From: Bdellovibrionales bacterium
Lineage (GTDB): Bacteria > Bdellovibrionota > Bdellovibrionia > Bdellovibrionales > CAYMLA01
NCBI GenBank assembly: GCA_965217115.1
Contig: OZ244239.1
Span: forward strand, 160,001-224,000
DNA: 64,000 nt
Direction of reading: 5' to 3'
Program-made: the position numbers and the translations under genes
Part shown: one piece after another, positions 1 to 8,844 of the stretch
How the letters are laid out: each line of letters begins with the position of its first letter
How positions within the stretch are numbered: the first letter of the stretch is position 1
The notes under the pieces: model-generated
What the model was told of the DNA's origin: nothing
What the model saw: only the letters and a program-made list of their open reading frames with translations
Databases searched by the model: none

Positions 1-1314
1 GAGTCTTTAGCAGCTGGTCGTGGAATATCATTACCCAGTCAGAGTACAGGTTCACTGAAATTAGCAACTCGTGTGACGAGTAATTACGGAGTGATTCGCC
101 GACAGTTTGGTCTCTCTATCGGGAAATTTGAAGGGATTGAAGAGCCTATGGCTCGTATTGCAGGCTTTAATTATATGCTGGATGCTATGCGATGTTTTAC
201 CTGTGGCGCTATTGATAAAGGAGTTAAGCCACCTGTCATCACCGCTATTGCAAAATTGAATTCCACAGAGATATTTCGTCGATGTATCAATGATGCCCTG
301 GATATCGTTGGTGGAGCAGGTATCTCCTTAGGGCGGCGTAACTTATTGGGCCATAGTTACATAGCAGCCCCCATTGGTATTACGGTTGAGGGTGCTAATA
401 TTCTTACTCGAACATTGATTATTTTTGGGCAAGGTGCTTTGCGTGCCCATCCCTATGCCTATCAAGAGGTCTCAGCGATTGAAAAAGGTGATTTAAAAGC
501 TTTTGATAGAGCCTTTTGGGGGCATGTTGGTCATGTGATTAAAAATAGTTTTCGTTCAGTGATTTTGAGTTTAACCCGTGGCTGTATAGCAAGGAGTCCT
601 GTGAGTGGAGAGCTTGCCCGGTATTATCGTAAGTTGGCCTGGGCTTCGGCATCTTTTGCTATTATGAGTGATATCGCAATGGGGTCTCTGGGAGGAGCCT
701 TAAAGCTAAAAGAAAAATTAACGGGGCGTTTTGCTGATATTTTATCCCACATGTACATGGGATTTGCCACTTTAAAAAGATATGAAGAAGAGGGACAACG
801 TAAAGAGGATCTCCCTTTTGTTCATTACACTCTTCAATACAACTTCTCTGAAATACAAAAAAGTTTTGAAGGGGTTTTTGAGAATCTCTCTGTCCCTGGG
901 CTGACTTGGTTGTTTCGAGGGCCCATCCTTTTTTGGGCAAGATTGAATCGTTTTTCCTCTCTGCCTTCAGATAAGTTGAGTCACAAGATAGCTTCTATAG
1001 TGCAAAAGGACAGTGATCAACGGGATCATATGACCAAAGGACTTTATCTACCGAAAGACCCTGAGGAAGCTATGGGCCGATTGGAAAAAGCGTTTAAATT
1101 AATTCATAAAACAGCGGCCACAGAGAAAAAAGTGAAAAAAGCCATTCGTTCTAAACAGCTGCCTAAAACCAAGCGCATTGGAGATATTTTAGATGAGGCC
1201 AAGAACAAATCAATAGTGACAGACCAAGAGTACAATGATCTTAAGGAAGTGATTGCTATTCGTAGGGACGCTATTGAGGTGGATAGTTATACACTTGAGG
1301 AGTATTTGAATTGA
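1..1314 (+). CDS. fadE: Acyl-CoA dehydrogenase (FadE type), 5'-truncated by window edge
   Basis: Frame is open from base 1 (ESLAAGRGISLP); motifs RRQFGLSIGKFEG, ITVEGANILTR and the FadE-type C-terminal extension. Confidence 0.9.
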   Translation, partial: ESLAAGRGISLPSQSTGSLKLATRVTSNYGVIRRQFGLSIGKFEGIEEPMARIAGFNYMLDAMRCFTCGAIDKGVKPPVITAIAKLNSTEIFRRCINDALDIVGGAGISLGRRNLLGHSYIAAPIGITVEGANILTRTLIIFGQGALRAHPYAYQEVSAIEKGDLKAFDRAFWGHVGHVIKNSFRSVILSLTRGCIARSPVSGELARYYRKLAWASASFAIMSDIAMGSLGGALKLKEKLTGRFADILSHMYMGFATLKRYEEEGQRKEDLPFVHYTLQYNFSEIQKSFEGVFENLSVPGLTWLFRGPILFWARLNRFSSLPSDKLSHKIASIVQKDSDQRDHMTKGLYLPKDPEEAMGRLEKAFKLIHKTAATEKKVKKAIRSKQLPKTKRIGDILDEAKNKSIVTDQEYNDLKEVIAIRRDAIEVDSYTLEEYLN

Positions 1315-1319
1315 CCTGG

Positions 1320-1411
1320 TCAGTAGAATTTTGCTCAGTAGAATTTTGCTCAGCAGGATTTTGATCAGTAGGATTTTAATCAGTGAAAAATCTTGGTCAG
1401 TAGAATCTTGG
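1320..1411. repeat. Degenerate 15-bp tandem repeat (TCAGTAGAATTTTGC) x~6
   Basis: Units start at 1320, 1335, 1350, 1365, 1380 and 1397, between two convergent genes. Confidence 0.85.
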
Positions 1412-1438
1412 ACAAGTGAGAATCAGGATTTAAGAGAT

Positions 1439-1726
1439 TCATTCGTTTTCAAAACACAGAGTAAGATTTGCTGTTTGTGGGTGTGCTTGGCAGGAGAGAA
1501 CCTCTCCTGAAGCGACCTCCTCTTGCGACAGGGCGTCATGGATGTCCATCGTGACTTCTCCCTGTTCAATTTTACACTGGCAAGCGTTGCAGGAGCCTGA
1601 CATACAGGAGTAGGGCAGGTCTACGTCCTGTCTCAAGGCAGCCTCTAAGACAGTTTCATCAGGTTTAACTTCTATCTCATGTGTTTCGCCATAAATTTTG
1701 ACGATGACTTTTAGAATCTCATCCAT
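1439..1726 (-). CDS. 2Fe-2S ferredoxin (plant type)
   Basis: LPYSCMSGSCNAC ... LSCQA cysteine pattern. Confidence 0.92.
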   Translation of the reverse strand: MDEILKVIVKIYGETHEIEVKPDETVLEAALRQDVDLPYSCMSGSCNACQCKIEQGEVTMDIHDALSQEEVASGEVLSCQAHPQTANLTLCFENE

Positions 1727-1837
1727 GGAATTTCTCCTATGGGCACGATTATAGTAGAGAAGAAAGAAAAGTCAAGACGGGGCTTTTTTATAAAAATTAA
1801 AGACATTTTCTTTAATGGAAGTCTATAATGATAAGCT

Positions 1838-4006
1838 ATGTTAGATCATCGCATGAAGCTGCACTTAAGTGAGTCTCTAGAATATTTTAAAGAATTCTTT
1901 GTTGGGATTTTTAAAATAAATCTCATCTTATTATTTTTCTTCACGCTAGTTAGAGGGTGCTTTTTCCTCTCCTATGCACAATGGGATCAACTTAAGAATT
2001 ACGGCCTAGATGTTATCCATGCTTTTCTTTTAGGGATTCGTTTTGACCTTGTGGTTGTGGCCTATGCCAATGCATTGCCATTTTTGGTATTACTCTTTTT
2101 GCCATTTTTTGCAAATAACTCTCTATGGAAAAAATTTCGAAATGGGTTAATCCTCTATTACATTTCTATTGTGATATTCTATGGTTTTATTGCAGGAGTG
2201 GATTATGGTTATTACAGTTATTTTCAAGATCATTTAAATATTATTCTTTTTGGTTTTTTGGATGATGATACGTTGGCCCTAGTTAAGACATTCTGGCAGA
2301 ATTACCCAGTGGTCTTTTTAATCTTAGGATATGGGATTTTTGTATATTCCTTCTCTAAATTGATAGCAAATATTTTTTCACACATAAACTTAGAGGTGAA
2401 CTACTGTTTGCCCCGTAAGAGATCTGGGTTATGGAAGAAGGCTTTGCTATTGCCGTTAGTCTTTAGCGTCAACTCTCTTGTTGCCCGTGGGACTTTAGCT
2501 CTGTTTCCATTAACGGTCAGTGACGCGACTATATCGACCAATGGTTTTGTTAATAAACTAAGTATAAATGGGGTTATGAGTTTCTATAATGCAGTTAAAG
2601 AGAGGCGGAAGCAAAATCATTTTAGCGTGAGCAATATCGAGGCCTTTGGTTATAGTGATGATATTCGGAGAGCATTTCGAGACTATTTAGGTAGAGAGGA
2701 ATTCAAAGTTAAATTCGAGGGAGAGTCATTCAATAAGAGCGATCTCCTATCGTCTTTATTAAGGACAACAACTCAGAAAAAAAGCATGGCTGAGTCTCCA
2801 GTTCATGTGATTGTTATAGTGATGGAGAGTTTTGGTAGTTACTGGTTGAATTTCCATGACTCAAAAACTTTTGATCTCTTAGGGGATTTAGAGAAACATT
2901 TCAAAGAAGATCTCCTATTTACAAATTTCCTCTCTAGTCATGTAGGAACTTTGGGGTCATTAACATCCTTGGTTTCAGGTTTACCACGCCGACCTTATGG
3001 GGCCTTTCTCCCAGAGAGTGAATTTGTTGATATTCCACTACAGACGGCAACGGCTAAACCATTTAAAGAAAAGGGCTACCATCGCCTTTTTGTCTATGGT
3101 GGCAATATCGGTTGGAGGAACATTAATAAATTCCTACCTAAACAGGATTTCGAAACTATTGAAGGTGATAGGGTTATAAAAGAATTTCTAGCAAAAGATG
3201 ATCGTAATTTAGAAAAGGAAGATGCATGGGGCGTCTACGATGAGTTCTTTTTTAAATATCTCTACAAACGGTTAGAAAAGGCAGATAGGCCTATGTTTAT
3301 TATGGCTTTGAGCACAACAAACCACCCTCCCTATGCATTGCCTGAACATTATCATCGACCGGAGCAAAGAATACCAGAAAAATTAATGAAGCGTTTGATT
3401 GTTAACAAGGATTTAGTGAAAGGTCGTTTTCAGTCCTATCGTTATAGCAATCATTTTTTAGGAAAATTCATCAGCTCTATTAAGAATTCTCCTCTAGGAG
3501 AAAAAACGATCATTGCCGTGACTGGAGACCATGGATTTAATATCATTAATTTTTCTGATGAGGAGTTACTTGAAAAGTATGGTGTTCCTCTCTATCTGTA
3601 TATTCCACCCTCGTTACGTCCTGAAAACGTTAATACTCGTGTTTTTGGTTCCCATAAAGATATTGCACCCACGTTATTTAATTTAGCCCTGTCTGAGCAA
3701 GATTATTTCAGTGTGGGAAGTGATCTTTTAAATAAAGATGATGAACACTTCTCCGTGAATGCGAACTTTGTGACTTTGAATCAATTAGGTGGTGTAAAAT
3801 TATCCAATAATTCTCAAATATCTCTCTATAGTCGAAATGGGAAAACGCTACAGAGAATAGATCCTAATTTGACCACAGCGGAATCAAAAGAGCAGGTTTT
3901 AGAATTGGAAGAATTAGCTAAAAAATATCGAGCTATCATGAGTGTAACAGATCGTGTTCTTTGGGAAGAGAGGCGAAAATACGGAAAAACAATAAGAAAA
4001 AAATAA
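1838..4006 (+). CDS. LTA synthase / sulfatase-like membrane protein
   Basis: Five N-terminal TM segments; IVMESF, WGVYD, STTNHPPY, TGDHG and SHKDIAPT motifs. Confidence 0.88.
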   Translation: MLDHRMKLHLSESLEYFKEFFVGIFKINLILLFFFTLVRGCFFLSYAQWDQLKNYGLDVIHAFLLGIRFDLVVVAYANALPFLVLLFLPFFANNSLWKKFRNGLILYYISIVIFYGFIAGVDYGYYSYFQDHLNIILFGFLDDDTLALVKTFWQNYPVVFLILGYGIFVYSFSKLIANIFSHINLEVNYCLPRKRSGLWKKALLLPLVFSVNSLVARGTLALFPLTVSDATISTNGFVNKLSINGVMSFYNAVKERRKQNHFSVSNIEAFGYSDDIRRAFRDYLGREEFKVKFEGESFNKSDLLSSLLRTTTQKKSMAESPVHVIVIVMESFGSYWLNFHDSKTFDLLGDLEKHFKEDLLFTNFLSSHVGTLGSLTSLVSGLPRRPYGAFLPESEFVDIPLQTATAKPFKEKGYHRLFVYGGNIGWRNINKFLPKQDFETIEGDRVIKEFLAKDDRNLEKEDAWGVYDEFFFKYLYKRLEKADRPMFIMALSTTNHPPYALPEHYHRPEQRIPEKLMKRLIVNKDLVKGRFQSYRYSNHFLGKFISSIKNSPLGEKTIIAVTGDHGFNIINFSDEELLEKYGVPLYLYIPPSLRPENVNTRVFGSHKDIAPTLFNLALSEQDYFSVGSDLLNKDDEHFSVNANFVTLNQLGGVKLSNNSQISLYSRNGKTLQRIDPNLTTAESKEQVLELEELAKKYRAIMSVTDRVLWEERRKYGKTIRKK

Positions 4007-4016
4007 GGGGGTTAAT

Positions 4017-4532
4017 GTGGGATTTTGGGGAAAGCTACTTGGAAGTAATAAATCTGGAGAAGGGGAGTCAGAAAAACACACTGGCACTATAGAGGAAATG
4101 TCAGCTATTTTAGATGATATGGATAGCATTGAAGCCCAGAAACTAGCGGGGTTAGCCTACTTGATGGCACGTGTGGCCCATAGTGATTTGGATATAGATA
4201 CTGAAGAGTTAAAAAAAATTGCTGAGATCGTTAAAGAATTTACTGATTTGTCAGATGAAAAAACAGAGAAATTGGTTCAGTTAGCCAGGAGACGTAACGA
4301 GCTTTTAGGAACGGAGGGTTTTGTGATTTCCCGTCATTTACGGAAAATTTCCAGTGGAGAGGAATTAACGAAAGTATTACACTGCCTCTTCGCTGTGGCT
4401 GGGGCCGATGACTCTATTAGTGCCGAAGAGGAAGCATCTCTACGGCAAATATCCAGTGAATTGGGATTTAGCTCTAATCAGTTTGTAATGATTCGTTCTA
4501 AATACAGAGACAAACGTGATGTCCTTAAATAA
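4017..4532 (+). CDS. TerB-family (tellurite resistance/DjlA N-terminal-like) protein
   Basis: ARVAHSD..ID.EE and LFAVAGADDSISAEE repeats. Confidence 0.8.
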   Translation: MGFWGKLLGSNKSGEGESEKHTGTIEEMSAILDDMDSIEAQKLAGLAYLMARVAHSDLDIDTEELKKIAEIVKEFTDLSDEKTEKLVQLARRRNELLGTEGFVISRHLRKISSGEELTKVLHCLFAVAGADDSISAEEEASLRQISSELGFSSNQFVMIRSKYRDKRDVLK

Positions 4533-4537
4533 GGGCA

Positions 4538-5167
4538 CTAAGCTTTTCTGAGTGCATAGTACTCGGTAAAGAGACCGGCATCAAATGGAAACGGGATATG
4601 CTCAATATTTGCCAGTGCCTTTATCTCTCCTGTTTCCAGACCTCCAACAGTGTCTCTTGTTAAGTAGTCTGGTACTTCCAAGCGTTGATTTTGAGCTGCT
4701 TGCATATAAACTTGGTTTTCATAGGCTTTAGGTATGAGTGTAACTTTGTCACCTATTTTGAGGACGGCAGATCCGATATCACATTTCTTACCATTGACAA
4801 GAACCTTACCGTGACTCACAAGTTGACGGGCGGCTGCGATACTTGAAGCAAAGCAAAGACGAAAAACAATATTATCTAAGCGTCTCTCTAGGCGACTAAT
4901 TAATGTTTCAACCCAATTATTCTGTGCTGAACCCTGTTTAGAATCGCGAATAAAACGGCGGAGCTGTTTTTCTCTAATACCGTAGTGGAACATCACTTTT
5001 TGTTTTTCTTCTAAGTGAAGAGCATACTCTGAATATTTACGTCTCTTATTTCCGTGTTCTCCAGGTGGGTAAGGTTTACGAGCTAGCGCACCAGGTTTGC
5101 CTAGACCGGGAAGTTCAGTATTGAGACGACGCTGAATTTTAAAACGAGTTTTTTCTGATTTAGCCAT
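4538..5167 (-). CDS. rpsD: 30S ribosomal protein S4 (stand-alone copy)
   Basis: PYPPGEHG, SEY..HLEEKQK, LERRLDNIVFR and ARQLVSHG motifs. Confidence 0.97.
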   Translation of the reverse strand: MAKSEKTRFKIQRRLNTELPGLGKPGALARKPYPPGEHGNKRRKYSEYALHLEEKQKVMFHYGIREKQLRRFIRDSKQGSAQNNWVETLISRLERRLDNIVFRLCFASSIAAARQLVSHGKVLVNGKKCDIGSAVLKIGDKVTLIPKAYENQVYMQAAQNQRLEVPDYLTRDTVGGLETGEIKALANIEHIPFPFDAGLFTEYYALRKA

Positions 5168-5370
5168 GTTTTCTCCTTCTTGTTAATCACCCTGATCGAT
5201 CTAGTGGCTGAACAACATCATTAAGCCTTGATAGCCTTGATGCTCTTACTTCTCCAGTGTCAGGACTGATGTGAAAATGCTCTAGAGCTTCCTTACACCA
5301 GTAGACCCGTCATTAAGGCTTTTTACCTCTATTTAGGGTCGTAATTCCCAAATTATTTTGGGCAGTGAGG

Positions 5371-5399
5371 AGACTAGTCCTATATTTACTCAATATCAA
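5371..5399 (-). promoter_or_regulatory. Putative sigma70 promoter of rpsD
   Basis: Minus strand TTGATA-N17-TAGTCT, ~200 nt upstream of the ATG; SD AAGGAG precedes the start. Confidence 0.5.
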
Positions 5400-5405
5400 G
5401 TTTAT

Positions 5406-5855
5406 TTAGATATTAATGACGACCGTAGCTGCAATGACTAATAGGGCAGCAATGATTTTCTGGCTAGAGATGCCTGTATTCTCAATAAAGAAATCCCATA
5501 AAAGGCTCGTGATCATTTGGGCACAGACCACGGCAATAAAAACCTTGAGTGCTCCCATAGACTCAATAGAGATGGGTAATCCGAAGACAATAACAAAGCC
5601 AAAAACACCAGGGAGGATGTACCACCACCTAAGCTCTTGCCCCCTGTGAGTTTCATGGAGAAATTCTGGCAAAATCCCCCCGTGAAATCTGGCAATATAG
5701 AAATAGAGAGCCGTGCAAATGAAAAATACAATTCCATTAAAGAACAAAACCTCAGAGATTGCCCAATCACGAGCTATTTGCTTATTAAAAGTACCCTGCA
5801 TAACTGTGGCGATACCCACAGCCAGAGGGAATAAGAGTAACCAAGAGCTTTGCAT
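5406..5855 (-). CDS. DMT-family (YdcZ-like) small transporter
   Basis: Five hydrophobic helices; QGTFN, WWYILPGVFG and AQMITSLLWD motifs. Confidence 0.8.
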   Translation of the reverse strand: MQSSWLLLFPLAVGIATVMQGTFNKQIARDWAISEVLFFNGIVFFICTALYFYIARFHGGILPEFLHETHRGQELRWWYILPGVFGFVIVFGLPISIESMGALKVFIAVVCAQMITSLLWDFFIENTGISSQKIIAALLVIAATVVINI

Positions 5856-5893
5856 GTCCCCAAGCTACAGAGTTTTATGGAGAAATGCAAAGA

Positions 5894-7141
5894 CTATGGT
5901 TTTGATTGTAAATAAGTCATTCCGAGGGCTAGGCTCACAGTAGCATACACTATGAGTAACAAATAGACAGAAGCTCTATAACCAATGTTGTCCGCCATGG
6001 TGCCTATGGGGAAACTCATGAGAGGACCGAGGCTTGTAAAACCCATGGCAATGAGTGAACTTATTCGACCCCGAAAACTCTCTCTAACAGTCATGTGTAT
6101 AGAAAGGGTGAGAGAGGCAAAACAGAGGTAAGAAAAAAGCCCCATAAAAAACAAGACAATAGTCGTTAGCATTTTTGAATCTAAACTCACTAAGGCGCTT
6201 AGTGATATAATGAGTAAGGGGATAGAAAAAATAAGATTTCGGTAGGGTTTTTTAGGCTGCGCAAAAGTCATAATAAAAGCTCCAACCATTGAGCCCGCGG
6301 CGGGGCTAGCAAAGAGTAGACCAAATCCTCCTGCGTCTAGCTGGAATTTTTTCTTCAAGTAGGTTCTCAAAATAACGACTGAGATCGGTATTATAATAAG
6401 AACTGTTGCTAAGAGCTGTAGCATAAAGAAGCGGATTTGATGGTCTGCACGAAAATAATTCCTGAGATTCCTTAATAATTTTCGTAAATTCATCTGTGTT
6501 TTTGGTTTTCTCTGTATCACGTCGGGCATGAGAGTCAGACGATAGAGCAGCAAGGCGATAATAAAATAAGATATAGCATCAAAGAAAAAAACAGAGGAGG
6601 GGCCCCATGTCGCAAGAAAAATTCCAGCCACGAGTGGCCCAAGCATTCGCGCTGAATGGAAACCAACTGAATGGAGAGTGATGGCTTGCTGGAAATGCTT
6701 TCTCTTAACCAAACGGGCAATAATTTTAGCGTTGAGGGGGAGATCAAAACAGAGAAGAGTTCCCTCCAGAGCAGCGTACATGATTAAAAACCACAATTGA
6801 ATTTGTGTGAGTTCTAGAGTCAGGGCTAGAGAGAAAGCAAGAAGAGAGAAGAAGATTTTTGTAATAACAATCACTTTTTGAACTTGTACACGATCTGCAA
6901 GCGCCCCTCCGTAGAAGTACAAGAAAAGTCCAGGCAGTGCGCCAGCCATCATAACAAAGCCCAAAGTTCCCGCTTTGCCCATCATTTCAATAACAATCCA
7001 TGAACGTGCCAAATCAGAGGCCCAGTTTCCTATGAGTGACCAGGTTTGAGCGCCATAAAAAATATTAAAATTCCGATAACGAAAGGGGCTAAAGCGTGTC
7101 AGAGAGAATCTTTGTAGGGACTTGCTAGGGATTTGAGGCAT
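5894..7141 (-). CDS. MFS transporter
   Basis: FRYRNF, GGALADR, ARMLGP and FRGRISS motifs; ~12 TM segments. Confidence 0.9.
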   Translation of the reverse strand: MPQIPSKSLQRFSLTRFSPFRYRNFNIFYGAQTWSLIGNWASDLARSWIVIEMMGKAGTLGFVMMAGALPGLFLYFYGGALADRVQVQKVIVITKIFFSLLAFSLALTLELTQIQLWFLIMYAALEGTLLCFDLPLNAKIIARLVKRKHFQQAITLHSVGFHSARMLGPLVAGIFLATWGPSSVFFFDAISYFIIALLLYRLTLMPDVIQRKPKTQMNLRKLLRNLRNYFRADHQIRFFMLQLLATVLIIIPISVVILRTYLKKKFQLDAGGFGLLFASPAAGSMVGAFIMTFAQPKKPYRNLIFSIPLLIISLSALVSLDSKMLTTIVLFFMGLFSYLCFASLTLSIHMTVRESFRGRISSLIAMGFTSLGPLMSFPIGTMADNIGYRASVYLLLIVYATVSLALGMTYLQSKP

Positions 7142-7325
7142 TGTGGCATTATGGAGGGGTTTTTGGTAGAAAACAATAAATAACTATTTTAATCATTCAG
7201 GCGATTTTTTAATTTTTTTAATTCTATTGAGTGACTTGTATCGCTCTTATTCGTTGTTTTTGCTTATTGATAGGGTTAATCTGTTGTTCATAAAGATGAC
7301 TGACACTTAAATAGAAGGCGAGAAA

Positions 7326-8822
7326 ATGTCTGAATTCATAATTGACGCTGATAAAGAAAACCCACTTAGAACTGAAAAAAGACGGAAGTTAACCGATATG
7401 CGTGAGGCGGGGATAGATCCCTATCCCTACTCCTATGAGAGATCTGGAAAAGCCCATGACTTTGTTGGTAAGTACTTAAGCCTGTCTGAGGGAGAGGCAG
7501 ATTTAGAGGGGGTGGTTTACCACTTTGCCGGGCGTCTGATGACGAAGAGACCTATGGGTAAGGCGGCTTTTTTTAATATTCAGGACGAGAGTGGGCGCTT
7601 GCAGGGATACTTGAAGAAGGACGAGCTAAGTGACGAAGATAAAAAGGTTTTTGAGCTTATTGATATTGGTGATATCGTTGGAATTTCGGGAACGTTTTTT
7701 AAAACCAAAAAAGGAGAGGTGAGTTTACGTTGCAAGACTTTTTCTATTTTGTGTAAGACGTTGGAGCCTCTGCCTGAAAAATTCCACGGTCTAACGGATG
7801 TGGAGACAAAGTACCGTTATCGTCATTTAGATCTTATAATGAATCCAGATTCTCGCCAGATCTTTGCAACTCGATCTCGTATCATTGGCGAAGTCCGTCG
7901 TTTTCTCGATAGTCGAGGTTTTATGGAGGTTGAGACTCCTGTGTTGCAACCTATCTATGGAGGGGCTGCAGCGATGCCATTTTCAACTCAGCATCGAGCT
8001 TTAGATATAAAACTTTTTATGAAGATCAGTCCTGAGTTGTACTTAAAACGTTTAGTTGTCGGTGGATTTGAAAAAGTTTATGAGATTGCTAAGAATTTTC
8101 GCAATGAGGGAATTGACCGCACCCATAACCCTGAGTTTACGATGCTTGAGTGGTATGAAGCCTATACGGATTACAATTATCAGATGACACAGTTTGAAGA
8201 GTTGATTGCACACTTAGCTAAGACAATCACTGGTGATACTAAGATAGACTACCAGGGACAGGAGATTAATTTCAAAGCACCGTGGCGACGGTTGACGGTG
8301 ATGGACGGAATTCGTGAATATGCAGGTGTTGATCCCGATGGACTCTCTGATGAACAGCTATTTACTAAGTGTCGGGAACTCAATGCTGATATAGACAAGC
8401 CTAAGGAGCGGGGCGAGATGTTGATGGAGCTGTTTGAATTATCGGCTGAGGAACATCTTATTCAACCGACATTTGTGATAGATCATCCCATAGAAATATC
8501 ACCTTTGACAAAAAGCCATAGAGACAAACCTGGTTTTGTGGAGCGTTTCGAACCTTTTGTGGCAGGTATGGAAATAGGGAATTCCTACTCTGAGTTAAAT
8601 GATCCAGAAGATCAACGGCAGAGGTTACGTGATCAAGAGTCAAAGAGAGTCATTGATAAGGAGGCACAGCCGATGGATGAAAATTTTCTTCATGCCATTG
8701 ATGTGGGAATGCCTCCGACAGGTGGTGTGGGGATTGGTATTGAAAGAATCGTGATGCTCTTAACCAATCAGGCGAGTATTCGTGACATTCTATTGTTTCC
8801 AACGATGAAACATAAATCTTAG
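7326..8822 (+). CDS. lysS: Lysine--tRNA ligase (class II)
   Basis: LPEKFHGL, FMEVETP, ISPELYLKRL, FRNEGID, HNPEFT and GMPPTGG motifs. Confidence 0.98.
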   Translation: MSEFIIDADKENPLRTEKRRKLTDMREAGIDPYPYSYERSGKAHDFVGKYLSLSEGEADLEGVVYHFAGRLMTKRPMGKAAFFNIQDESGRLQGYLKKDELSDEDKKVFELIDIGDIVGISGTFFKTKKGEVSLRCKTFSILCKTLEPLPEKFHGLTDVETKYRYRHLDLIMNPDSRQIFATRSRIIGEVRRFLDSRGFMEVETPVLQPIYGGAAAMPFSTQHRALDIKLFMKISPELYLKRLVVGGFEKVYEIAKNFRNEGIDRTHNPEFTMLEWYEAYTDYNYQMTQFEELIAHLAKTITGDTKIDYQGQEINFKAPWRRLTVMDGIREYAGVDPDGLSDEQLFTKCRELNADIDKPKERGEMLMELFELSAEEHLIQPTFVIDHPIEISPLTKSHRDKPGFVERFEPFVAGMEIGNSYSELNDPEDQRQRLRDQESKRVIDKEAQPMDENFLHAIDVGMPPTGGVGIGIERIVMLLTNQASIRDILLFPTMKHKS

Positions 8823-8844
8823 CTTAATGATGGGAATATTTTTT

